Source of the DNA: the human T2T-CHM13v2.0 reference genome, Homo sapiens
Reading direction: 5' to 3' (one strand)
NCBI RefSeq assembly: GCF_009914755.1
Contig: NC_060927.1
DNA: 64,000 nt
The position numbers were made by a program, and so were the translations under genes. This document shows positions 14,801 through 27,900 of the stretch, in pieces; position 1 is the first letter of the stretch; each line of letters opens with the position of its first letter. The notes beneath the pieces were generated by a model. That model worked only from the letters and a program-made list of their open reading frames with translations, did no database searches and was not told the origin of the DNA.

Positions 14801-17077
14801 CATTTCTCTGAGGAGGAAATCCCAGAGACAACTCATAACCTCTCTGCCATTGCACCTACAGTGGTACCATCCTAACTGCCCTTGGCAGAGGAAGGAACAA
14901 AGGGCCTAGTCTCTCACCTGCAGCATACCACAGCAGTCATATAGACAGGAGTCCAGTGACTTTTAACTGTGAGCCCCTACTCCCAACTATTCACCAGGAA
15001 GGGAAGAGCATGCCCACTGGTAGTGGCTCTGTGTTTCCCTGGAGAGGGGCTCCCAGAGGCAACTGGGCTCTCCTGCCACTGCCACAGCAATGGTTCTGCC
15101 CCTAATGTCTTTGATCTGGGGAAGAAACAAAGAGCCTAAGGTCGTCACCTAAGCTGCCATCATACCACAGTCACCATAGAGAGAGGAGCACAGTTCCTCA
15201 TCGCTGTGAACCCTTGAGTCCCCATTCTTCAACAAACAGAGCCACCATCTAGGGCCAGCAGAGCAGCCACCCCAAACCCATGGCTGAACATTCCCAGTAG
15301 CAGTGGCTTTATGTTTCTCTGAGGTCAAGCTTCCAGAGGCAATAGAAAACTCCCTGCCACTGCCATTGCAGTAGTACTGCATTTGCTGCCCTCAGATCAG
15401 GGAGGAGCAAAGACCCTCAGTGCTTTAACCACACCTCCAGCAAGCTGCAGTTGCCCTAAGGAGGAGACGCCAGTCTTTCTTCCCCAGCTCCCACACTCTG
15501 CTGTTTCTCACCACGCAGGGCCTCCCTGGCTTAGGCTCACAGCTCAGCCAACCTATCCTGTGCAAATCACACTGATTGATAGTGGCTCTGCATCTCTCTA
15601 GGGTCAGCCCCAAGAGATAGGTGGAAAACCCACTACCACAACCAATGCTAAGATCCCTTCCCCTGCTGCCTCCAAGCTGAGGACGAAACATAAGGCCTGA
15701 GATTGTCCCAGAGCTTCAGTGTGCAGCCTGGGAGTGCCAAGCTGAGATCTTAGGATAGGAGAGGAGCCCATACCTTCAGATCACTGAGAGGGAGCACAGC
15801 TACAATCATGAGGAAATACAAAGAAGCCTTCTGACTGGGAAAAAAGAGCCTACCTACTGGCCATTACACTTAAGCGCCACCTAGTGGATCACAGCCCAAA
15901 ACAGCAACACAAGAAATACTTGGCTGATACACTCCCCTGTGAAACTAAGGACATGAATTCAGCTACAAATAAAGACCCTGCACAAAGCCTTGGCCCGCTG
16001 AAAACATCCAGAAAAAGTCTACTGACTACTCATTTACACTGCAATTAAAGGAATACTAGCCCACACAGATGAGAAAGAACCAGTGCAAGAATTCTGGCAA
16101 CTCAAAAAGCCAGAGCACCTTCTTTCCTCCAAAATTTCATGTTACTTCCCCAGCAAGGGTTCTTAACGAGGCTGAAATGGCTGAAATGACAGATATATAA
16201 TTCAGAATATGGATAAGAATGAAGACCATTAAGATTCAGAAGAATGTTGAAACCCATTCCAAGGAAGCTGAGAATTACAATAAAATGATACAAGAGCTGA
16301 TAAATGAAATAGCCATTATAAAAAACAACCAAACTGATCTAATAGAGCTGGAAAACACACTACAAAAATTGCATAATGCAATAGCAAGTATTAACAGCAG
16401 AATAGACCAAGCTGAGGAAAGAATCTCAGAGCTCAGAGACTGGCTGTCTGAAATAAATCAGTCAGAGAGAAATAAAAAAGAACGAATAAAACCCACAAGA
16501 AATATGGGAATATGTAAAGAGGCCAAATGTATGACTTGTTGGTGTCCCTGAAAGAAACAGGGAAAAAGCAAGCTACTTGGAGAAAATATTTCAGGATATC
16601 ATCTATGAAAACTTCTCAAACTTTCCCGAAGAGAACAACATTCAAATTGAGGAAGTGCAGAGAACTTCTGTGAGATATTACACAAAAATACTATCCCCAA
16701 GATACATAATTATCTGATTCATCAAGGTCAAAATGAAAGAAAAAAATGGTAAAGTCAGCTTGAGAAAAGAGGTAGGTCACCTGCAAAGGGAACCCCATCA
16801 GGGTAACAGCAGTACTTTCAACAGAAACCCTATAAGCCAGAAGAGATTGGGGGCCTACATTAAACATTCTAAAAGAAAAAAAAAATTCAATCACAAATCA
16901 TTAGAGAAATGCAAATCAAAACTACAGTGAGATACCATCTCACACCAGTCAGAATGACTATGATTAAAAACTAAAAAAATAACAGGTGCTGGTGAGGTTT
17001 TGGAGAAAAGAGAATGTTTATACACTGCTGGTGGGAGTGTAAATTAGTTTAGCCCCCGTAGAGAGCAGTTTGGAGAT

Positions 17078-17313
17078 TTATTTTATTTTATTATTATTAT
17101 ACTTAAGTTTTAGGGTACATGTGCACAATGTGCAGGTTTGTTACATATGTATACATGTGCCATGTTGGTGTGCTGCACCCATTAACTCGTCATTTAGCAT
17201 TAGGTATATCTCCTAATGCTATCCCTCCCCTCTCCCCCCACAACAGACACCGGTGTGTGATGTTCCCTTTCTTGTGTCCATGTGTTCTCATTGTTCAATT
17301 CCCATCTGTGAGT
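17078..17313 (-). mobile_element. Short L1PA2-5-like 3' end, antisense
   Basis: ttattattatacttaagttttagggtacatgtgcacaatgtgcagg...cccattaactcgtcatttagcattagg; it splits the host sequence agtttggagattt|ctcaaagaac. Confidence 0.9.
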
Positions 17314-18949
17314 GATATTTCTCAAAGAACTTAAAACAGAACTACCATTAGACCTAGCAATCTCATTAGTGGGTATATATCCAAAGGAATATAAATCATT
17401 CTACCGTAAAGACACATGCACTTGTATGTTCCATGTAGCAATTTTCACAATAGCAAAGACATGGAATCAACCTAAATGCCCATCAATGGTAGAATGGATG
17501 AAGAAAGTGTGATACATATACATCATAGAATACTATGCAGCCATAAAAAGAATACAATCATGTCCTTTGCAGCAGCATGGATGGAGCTAAAGGCCATTAT
17601 ACTAATCAAATTAACACAGGAACAGAAAATCAAATACTGCATGTTCAGATTTACAAGCGGGAGCTAAACAATAATGACACATGGATACTAGGAGAGGATC
17701 AACAGACACTGGAACTTACTTGAAGGTAGGGGGTGGGAAAAAGGAGAGGATAGGAAAAAATACCTAATAAGTATAATACCAGGTATTGTGCTTATTTCCT
17801 GGGTAACAAAGTTACCTGTACCACAAACCTCCGTGACATGTAGTTTACCTGTACAACAAACCTGCACATGTAACCCTGAACCTAAAAGTTAAAAAATAAA
17901 AATAAAAAATAAAAGGAACAATGTATATTTGGTTAGATTGCTGAAAGCTTCAATTATTTAATGATTATTAAATTATGCAATTTATAAGTAAGAAGTTGGA
18001 AATCAAAGTGAATGGCTCAGTTACATGGGAAGTAAAACTCCCTCATCGTAGCCAATTGTAGCAATTACGACAGCAAATGAGGACAAAGCCCAAGCAGCTT
18101 GTTCATTTTCTCTGTCATGAACCTGAATATTTATGACAATGAATTCATCTGGAATTTCACAAGAAATTAAACCATAACAGAAGTGACTTCTAATTCCCCT
18201 CTCCACCAGAAATGATGTAATAAAGTGCTATAAATTTCATTAATGGGCTCGTTTCCTTCCTTGCTGTGGAACATCAACCACAGTCCTGCCAGGTGGGTAC
18301 ACTGATTAAATGCCATATAACCCTAGGAAGGACATTAACGACCACTGGAGATTCTATATAGACATAATAATATGCAAAACTCTAGGAGAATGCATGTGCA
18401 TGGCTAGTTTAGAGCAAATGTAACATATTTCTTTCATATTAAAAACTAGGAGTTTTTATGAGAAATGTATGTTTGATCTTTGACAACTACAATTTTTAAA
18501 AATTGTTTTTAAACAACATAGGCTTATGTTGATGAATAATCAGAGGCTGCAAGTAAAAACATTACAAATAATAGTAGAGGATCAACCTGTGCTTATTTAT
18601 AATTGACATGTAAAACAGAATCTGACTTGAATATAATTTTTTACTATATCAAATGTGAATTGAAAGTGATTAGAAAAATTTATTCTATCATATGCGTATC
18701 AACATAACCCCAATTGCAAATTGATAATGCAGACATTTCCTAGATACCATAATACTATTTCCCCCTATTAATCAGCTTACTCAGAATGCACCTAATAGAG
18801 TAAAACTCTGAAATGTTTTATCTCCCCAGATAGACTCTAATTTTTATATGGATACCTTTCCTACCAGTTATTGGCTTTTGCTGGAAAGACTATAATAGGA
18901 AAAGTTCACAATGTTTATAATATTAATAACTTAAGCTTTTTTCTAACGT

Positions 18950-19195
18950 TAATAATAAATTATCTTTTATTAAGGTCTTATAATATGCTCAGCTATTTGA
19001 TAAGTGCTCTGTCAGCAGTATTTCTATTAATCCTCACCATAACCTTTTATGAAAGTGTTGTGTTGTTAACTTCCATTTTATAGATAGGGAAACCAGGGCA
19101 TCAGCAGGTAAAGTGTTTTTCCAAAGGTCTCACAGATGACGGCAAAAAGTGGGATCACGATTTATACTCTGATTAGTGTGCCTCCTAAGTTCAAA
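18950..19195 (-). mobile_element. MIR SINE
   Basis: aatcctcaccataacc...ccattttatagatagggaaaccagggcatcagcaggtaaagtg...ccaaaggtctcacag is the reverse-complement MIR core. Confidence 0.7.
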
Positions 19196-20646
19196 CTACT
19201 TACTACTCACACTGATACTTCTCATCTCTCTTACCTCATGGCATAATATGCATTCAGTAGAATAAACAGTTTGAACCTTAGCAAAAATTGTGCAATATTA
19301 CCTAATGTTCCAAATAATTTGGAAGCATTTTATATGTGTTCACTATAAACCAAGTCATAAGAAATGATTTACTTGTTATATAAACACACTTTTAAGTTGT
19401 TATAACTTGACTGAGTTGTTAAACTTTTTATAGTGCGACCTGGCAGAGTTTAACTCATTATTTTTATGTAAACACTTAATGTCTTTGTATTTGATCTTTT
19501 AGTGTTTACATATTAGCTTGAGAATCTTGGCTTTTGCCTATTTATAGAATCAAATATTCTTAGTTTAAAGGTAAATTACAGATTACTAGTTCAGTATCAC
19601 ATTAAATGCAGTCATCCTCTGTTTATGTTTCCTCCATAACCTTTGTGATTATCTTCAGTAATAAATCTATCAAATATTCTCTACTGTGTCACTATGCTGA
19701 GAATAGCTATAACACACATATGAAATTGAGTTCATATTGTTTTATGTATAAAAAATAAACCCACTAAATAATTAAAAAATAGTTTTCTAAATGTCTTTCT
19801 TAAAGATTGCCCTTAAAAAGGCCTTTCAGTAAGATAAAATATTAACCCTGAGGAAAAAGTGAGTTCCGAGAAGGAATAGGAAGCAAAGATACTTAAAAAT
19901 ATTAAACTAAAAATGTATTTAGAAAAGTGTAATAAAAGTTTCACATAGTTTTTGGAGATAAACAGCAAGTTATCATTCTTGTTTAGGAAAAGAACCAAAA
20001 TGTTAACTAATTTTTTTACTTTTTCAGAAAAATATAAAGCTAATTAGGTTTTAAAACTTCAAAGGAGAGCACTAAATTCATGGAAATAAATGCTATCCCT
20101 TCTAATTCAGGAGAAGAAAAAAGAAAACTACCTTATCAATACAACAAGAAGTCAGGAAAAGAGGTAAGTAAAATATGTTTCATTATAAGATTGCAGAAAT
20201 AAATCTAAATGTATTAGTAATCACAATAAAATTTCTTTGATTCAGTACAACCAGTAAAATATATAGATTATAGGATTGGATAAAGCTGTAATAGCTACAC
20301 TTTATAAAAGACACTTGTAAAAGGAACATGAAGATTTAAATGCAGATACTTTAACATAATGAATTAGGAAAATATCAAAGAAAAATTGTTGTCCAAGATG
20401 ATTTTACATCTGAAAGAAAACAATTTTATGGTGCTTAAAAGTACATTTATAAATTTTGACTAATTTGGGTTTATGCCAGGAATTTAAGGATAGCATAACA
20501 TCAGAAATATTTACGTGATCCATCACATTAACAGACTGAAGAAAAGTTGTAGATAATTTCAATATATGCAGTAATATTGGAAAAATTTAATAATTCATTA
20601 TTTTCAAAAATCTTAAAAAACTAGGAATTGAAAGAAACACCTTTAA

Positions 20647-21668
20647 GTCTTATCTATTGTAAACAGTGCTACAACAAACGTAGGAGTGTTATTATCTCTT
20701 CAATACACTAATTTACTTTCTTTTGGGTATATAACCAGTAGTGGGATTGCTGGATCATATGGTAGCTCATCTTTTAGTTTTATGAGAAACCTCCAAATGG
20801 TTCTGCATACCTATATGTCCATCAAACAGATGAATGGATTTGAAAAATGTGGTACATATACACAATGGAGTACTATTAAGCCATAAAAAAGGATGAGATC
20901 TAGTCATTTGCAACAATATGGATGAAACTGGAGATCATTATGTTAAGTGAAATAAGCCAACTACAGAAAGACAAATATCACATATTCTCACTTATTTGTG
21001 GGATCTAAAAATCAAAACAGTTGAACTCATGGACATAGAGAATAGAAGGATGGTTACCAGAGGCTGGGAAGGGTAGTGGGGTGTTGGGTGGGGGGGGGGG
21101 GGGTGGGGATGATTAATGGGTACAAAAACAACAGAAAGAATGAATAAGACTTACCATTTGATAGCACAATAGGGTGACTATTGTCAATAATAACTTAACT
21201 GTATATTTTTAAATAACTTAAAGAATGTATTTGATTGGTTGTAACTCAAAGGATAAAAGCTTGAGGGGATAAATACCTCATTGTCCATGATGTGCTTATT
21301 TCACACTGCATGCCTGTATCAAAACATCTCATGTACCACATAAATATATACACCTACTATATAACCTCAAAATTTTAAAAAATAATTCTAAAAATTTTTA
21401 AAAAGAAAAAGATGGAAAGAATGAAGAAGACCTACTATTTGATAGCACAACAGGGTGACTATAGTCAATAATAACTGAATTGTACATTTTAAAACAACTT
21501 AAAAAGTGTAAATGCATTGTACATAACTCAAAGGATAAATGCTTGAGGGGATGGATACCCCATTCTCCATGACATGCCTATTTCACATTGCATGTCTGTA
21601 TCAAAACATCCCATGTACCCCATAAATATATATAGCTACTAGGTGGCCAAAAAAATTAAAAATTTAAA
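20647..21668 (+). mobile_element. 5'-inverted (twin-primed) L1MA 3' fragment with a doubled 3' terminus
   Basis: 20647-20804 is antisense ORF2 end; sense sequence runs from about 20805; 16-bp TSD aaagaaac(a/t)cctttaa at 20631-20646 and 21669-21684. Confidence 0.85.
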
Positions 21669-21712
21669 AAAGAAACTCCTTTAAATTGATAAAACCAAAA
21701 CTTGCATCAAAT

Positions 21713-22075
21713 TGTATTAGTCCATTCCCATGCTGCTATGAAGAAATACTTGAGACTGAGTAATTTATAAACAAAAGAGGTTTAATTGACTCACAGTTCC
21801 ACATAACTGGGGAGGCCTCAGGAAACTTACAATCATGGTGGAAGGCCCCTCTTCACAGGGCGGCAGGGAGAGAATGAGTGCAAGCAGGGGAAATACCAGA
21901 CACTTATAAAACCAACAGATCTTGTGAGACTCACTGATTATCACGAGAACAGCATGGGGGAAATTATCCCCATGATTCAATTACATCCACCTGGTCCCAC
22001 CCTTGACATTTGGGGATTATGAGGATTACAATTCAAGATGAGATTTGGGTGGAGTCCCAGAGCCAAACCTTATCA
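21713..22075 (-). mobile_element. THE1 (THE1C/D-like) solo LTR
   Basis: tgtattagtccatt...ggaggcctcaggaaacttacaatcatgg...agccaaaccttatca; 5-bp TSD caaat at 21708-21712 and 22076-22080. Confidence 0.9.
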
Positions 22076-22848
22076 CAAATACTACATTTAATAATAAAAA
22101 CTTTATTAGAAACATCTTCAATTAAGACAAAAATAACCACTAAGCCCACTAGTTTCCAACATAGTAGATATTATAGCCAATTAATGAAGATAAAAAGTTA
22201 GAGTTTTAAAAATTATAAAAGATAAGGTAAAATTAACATTATTTTAAAATAATCTCAGAGAATCTAAAAGCTAGGAAAGACTTTTGCAGGCCTGCTGATA
22301 CAAGATCAACAAACAGAAGTCACTATTGTTCCTACTTGTATTAAAATATGTAAAAAATGTAGCAATAACATAATCTTGTTTTTAAGAAAAATAAACTCTA
22401 AAGCTACAATGAATAAATCTAGTAAAATATTTACAGAATGTTATGGAGAAAACTGAAGGACATAAAAGGAAACCTGACTAAATGGGACCAAAAACTATTG
22501 TTTATGGATTGGAAGAATTGGTATAATAAAGATGTTATTTTATCCAAATGAATTTATAATTAAAATAGTTCTCAACATAACAACAGTAATTCATACACTA
22601 ACAAATGTTTTTCGAAAATTTATATAAATGAAAGGTAATAAAAATACAAAATGATACTGGATGCATATCCACCAAATTAATGACATTGTTTGCTTCTGAG
22701 CAGGGAGAAAGGGAAGGGTGCTGGCAAGAAGAATAAAGGAAATTTATATCTCATCAGCCAAGCCTTATTTTTCATAATCACAATGTCTGAAGAACAAATT
22801 GTGAATATGGTGAAAATGCTGGCTTGAGAATTCATATTTGTTTAGTGA

Positions 22849-23287
<439 letters not shown>

Positions 23288-24406
23288 TTGTCAGTGCTCC
23301 TGTTGATAAACATTTGGGTCATGTTCATTTTGGGGTTGTAATGAACAAAACTGCTGTCATTTTTTCTGTGTGACTCTGTGTATGGACATTTTCAATTTGG
23401 GAGTCAATACCTAAGAGTGGGATTACTGAGTTATATAGTAAATGTTTATTTAAGAAGCTATGAAACTGTTTTTGTAAAGTATTTGTGTTATTCATTGTCT
23501 CATCAACAATGTAGAACACTTCCAGTTGTTCACTTGCTCCATATCCTTGATAACACTTGCTATTGTCAGTCATATTGCAGCTATAGTCAAATATATTATA
23601 AAATGCTGTTGTGCTTTTAATTTGCACTTTCCTGATGACTAATTATGTTGAACATATTTTCATGTGATTATTGCTAATTTGTATATATTCTTTTGTGAAA
23701 TGGCTGTACAAAATTATTCCTTAACAGGTTTGTTGATATACATATTTGTTACCAATCTTAGCAGAAAAATAGTTCCTCACCATTAAGTATGTAAGAATAA
23801 TGTTAACTGTGGGTTTTCCAAATTATTTTTATTAGGTTGATAAAACCTAGTTTGCAGAGAACCTTTATTATGAATGGGTTTTGAATTGTTCAAATGCTTT
23901 TTAAGGAATACTATTTGCCCAAATGGTCATGTTTATTTCATATATATGTAAATACACATATATGTAGTATCTATATCTATATCTATCATTTGTGTATAGC
24001 TTTACTTAATACATCCCCCCAAGGCTGTCACTTGACTTTTTCTTACCTTAACAATATACTTCAAAGATCAAAAGTTACTGTTTCTTTTTATTTGGTGAAG
24101 CCCAACTTATCACTTTACTTTCTTATAGCATGTATTTTTTGTGCCCTAATTTGGAAATCCTTGCACATCTCAAGGTCATGAGGATTGTCTTGTGAGTTCT
24201 TCTATAAGTTTTATAGATTTAACTTCTACAGTTATGTTCATGATTCACTTTGAATTAGTTTTTGTAGATGGTGTCAGATAAAGATTAAAATTTATTTTAC
24301 CCAGTTGGTATCCAATTTGGTATCCAATTTTTCCAGCAGAATTTGTTGGAAAGAATATTCCTTCCCCATAAATTACCTTGGTATCGCTGTTGAAAATAAT
24401 TGAACC

Positions 24407-24454
<48 letters not shown>
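24407..24454 (+). repeat. (TAGA)12 tetranucleotide STR
   Basis: Perfect 48-bp run, counted directly. Confidence 0.97.
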
Positions 24455-24455
<1 letters not shown>

Positions 24456-24851
24456 TTTTGGACTTTATGTCATTGATCTACATGTTTAATTTTACATTAA
24501 CACCACACCACCTTGAGTACTGTAGGTTCATAGTTTTAAAGTATTTTTGACCATTCAAGTTCCTTTTTATTTTGATATAGATTTTAGGTATGTTCTATAA
24601 AGTCAATGAGGCCAATTTGTTTGACAATGTTTATCAAGTCCACTATATTCTTATTGATATGTTGATATGTTATCTATTTGTTACTGAGAGATGAATACTG
24701 AAATCTTGAATTGTGGATCTGTCTATTTCTCCTTTTAATTTTATTAGCTATTGCTTCACATATTTTGAAGTTCCATTATAGAGTTCATAAATATCTTTTT
24801 GATGAATTTATTATCCTTTATGTATGTTTTCCCATTTTGTACTTCTAATGT

Positions 24852-24928
24852 CTCTCTCTTTCTCTTTCTCTCTCTCTCTCTCTATATATATAATATATAT
24901 ATATCTCTACAGATATATATATATATAA

Positions 24929-24989
<61 letters not shown>
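24852..24989. repeat. Compound (CT)n-(AT)n microsatellite, two blocks
   Basis: A tctc... then tata... block occurs twice in succession. Confidence 0.95.
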
Positions 24990-24996
24990 CAACTCT

Positions 24997-27900
24997 AGAG
25001 AGAGAAGTGGAGTAAGATGGCTAAATAGAACCCTCCAGTGTTTGACACTTCCTGCAGGAACACCACATTTTACAACTATCCATGCAAGAAAGCACCTTCA
25101 TAAAAAAAATCAGGTAAGTGATCACAGTACCTTTTTTTAACATCAAATCAAGGAAAGAGGCACGGCAAATGGTAGAAAAGACAGTCTTAAATTGCTAATA
25201 CCACCCCTCCCCCGTCCCCCAGGAGCAGCCACATTGCATAGAGAAAGAATCTGTGTGCTTGAGGGAGGGAGAGTGCAGTGATTGTGGAACTTTGTATTGG
25301 AATCCAGTACCAGCCCTTCCATAGTGGAAAGCAATACAGGGAAGAATTCAGATAGTGCCTATGGAGGGAGCATTTAGGCCAGCCCCAGCCAGACGGTAAA
25401 CGTTCTGCCACTGGCAGAACCTGAGCTCCAGCTAGCCCCACCACCACCAGCTAAAGTGCTCTGTAGTTCTAAATAAACTTGAAACCCTGTCTAGGCCACA
25501 AGGACTGATATTCCTGGACAAGTACAGGTGCCATCTGGGATTGGAGCCAGCACACATGGGGTGCATGTGACCTATGGAGACACCAGCCATGTTGGCCAAG
25601 GGAATGCTTGTAACACTCCCACCCCAACCACAGGCAGCAGAGCTTGAAGCTCTGAGAGAGACTCATTCCTTCTATTTGAAGAGAGGAGAAGGGAGTGGAA
25701 AGAGGACTTTGTCTTGCAACTTGGATACTAGCTCAGCCACAGTAGAATAGAATACCAGGCAGAGTTGTGAGGCTCCTATTCTAGGCCCTAGCTCCCAGAT
25801 GACATTCCTAAACACATCTTAGGCCAGAAGGGAACACACTCCTTGAAAGAAGGACCCAGTCCTGGCAGAATATATCACTTGATTACTAGAGATCCCTTGG
25901 GCCTTGAATAAACATCTGCTGTAGCAGTAATCACTGTAGTACTTGGGAGAGACTTAGTGCTGTGTTAGCTTCAAGGGTGACCCATCACACTTCCAGCTGC
26001 AGTGGCTATGGGAAGAGACTCCTTTGGCTTAACGAAATAAAAGAGAAATGTAAAGGGAAATTTGTCTTGAAGCTTGGGTACAGTCCAGCCACAGTAAGAT
26101 AAAGCACCAAGTGGGCTCCTGGGGTCCCTGAATTCAGGCCTTGGCACTGGGACAGCATTTTTTGATCCACCCTGGGCTAGAGGGGAGCCCACTGCCCTGA
26201 GAGAGAGACATTGGCATGCAGCATTTGCCACAGGCTGATTGAAGAGACCTTGATTGAACATGTGTGATAGCTAGGTAGCACTTGCTATGGGCCTGGGGCA
26301 GTGATGTCCACAAGGAAAGACTCCTTGTTGAGGAAAAGAGAGGGAATATTGGGAAGGACATTGTCTTATAGATTGGGTGTCAGCTCAGAGGCAATAGACT
26401 AGAACACAAAGTAGATTCCTAAGGTTCCCAGCTTTAGTCCCTGGCTCCCAAATGGCATTTCTGAACTGACCCTGTATGAAGGAGGGGATCTTGCCACCCT
26501 CAATGGAAGGACACCAGCCTGGCTAGATTTGACACCTTCTGACTGAAGAGCCCTTGGGCCTTGAATGAACATTGGCTGTAGCTAGGTAGTGGTTGCCATG
26601 AGCATTGCATGAGACCCGGTGTTGTGCTGGCTTCAGGGCTGACCCAGTACAGTTGCAGTGGTAGTGGCCACAAGGCTACTTGTGTCACTGCTACCCCAAC
26701 TGTAGGCAGCTTAGCATGGAGAGAGAGGCTCCATTTGTTTGGGGAAAAGTAAGAGAAAAGAACAAGAGTCTCTTCTTAGTATTCAAGGGAATTCTCTGAG
26801 ATCTTACCCAAGTCCAACAAGGCAGTACCTCTATGAGTCTGCAAAAGTCCATAATTACTGATCTAGGGTGGACCATAACGCAGTTTGTCTGCAGTGAACA
26901 AAAACTTATACAACAACACTCAATTCCCTTTGAATACTTGGAAAGCCTGTACAAGAAGCATGGGTACAAACAATCCCAGACTGTAAAGATTACAATAAAT
27001 ACCTAATTCTTCAGTGTCCACACATCGATGAACATCCACAAACATCAAAACCAACCAGGAAAACTTGATCTAACCAAAACTAAATAAAGCATCAGTGATA
27101 AGTCTTGTAGTGATAGAGGTATGTGGCTTTTCAGACAGAATTCAAAATAGCTGTTTTTAGGAAGCTCAATGAAATTCAAGATAATAGTGAAAATAAATTC
27201 AGAATCCTATCAGCGAAATGTAACAAAGAAATCAAATTAATTTTTAAAAATGAAGAAGAAATTCTGGAGCTGAAAAACTCAATTGACATAGTGAAGAATG
27301 CATCAGAGTCAACAGGATAATTGATTAAGCAGAATAAAGAATTAGCTTGAAGACAGGCTATGTAAAAATACACAGAGAAATGAAAAGGAAAAGAATTTTT
27401 TAAAATGAAGAACACCTACAAGATCTAAAAATAGCCTCAAAAAGGCAAATCTAAGAATTACTGGACTTAAAGAGAAAGTAAAAAAACAAATCAGGATAGA
27501 AAGTTTATTTAAAGGGATAATAATAGATAACTTTCCAAACCTAGAGAAAGATACCAATAGTCAAGTTCAAGAAGGTTATAGAATACCAAGAAGATTTAAC
27601 CCAAAGAACACTACCACAACATATTTAATAATCAAACTCTTAAATATCAAGGATTTAAAAATGATCCTAAAAACAGCAAGAGAAAATAAACATATAATAT
27701 AAAAATGAACTTCCACACATCTGGCAGCAGACTTTCCCATGGAAACCTTACAGACCAAGGAAGAGTGACATGACATATTTAAACTGCTGAAGAGAAAGTA
27801 TTTTATCCCAGAATAGTATATCCAGTGAAAGTACCCTTCAAACATGAAGGATAAATAAAGACTTTCCTAGACAAACAGAAGCTGAGGGATTTCATCAAAA

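Larger units (their letters stand above)
13424..17913 (+). mobile_element. L1PA15/16-type LINE-1 with long GC-rich 5'UTR, partial ORF1 (about 16066-16888) fused to the end of ORF2, and 3'UTR/poly(A)
   Basis: 5' end gactagaagcagctagtgtgtgc; ORF 16219-16551 (INSRIDQAEERISEL); jump at about 16889 to atcattagagaaatgcaaatcaaaac; 3' end aaacctgcacatgtaaccctgaacctaaaa followed by an A-rich tail. Confidence 0.88.

Noticed and set aside
21066-21108. G-rich tract with G-quadruplex potential
   Set aside because: A known feature of L1 3'UTRs, only lengthened by homopolymer slippage.
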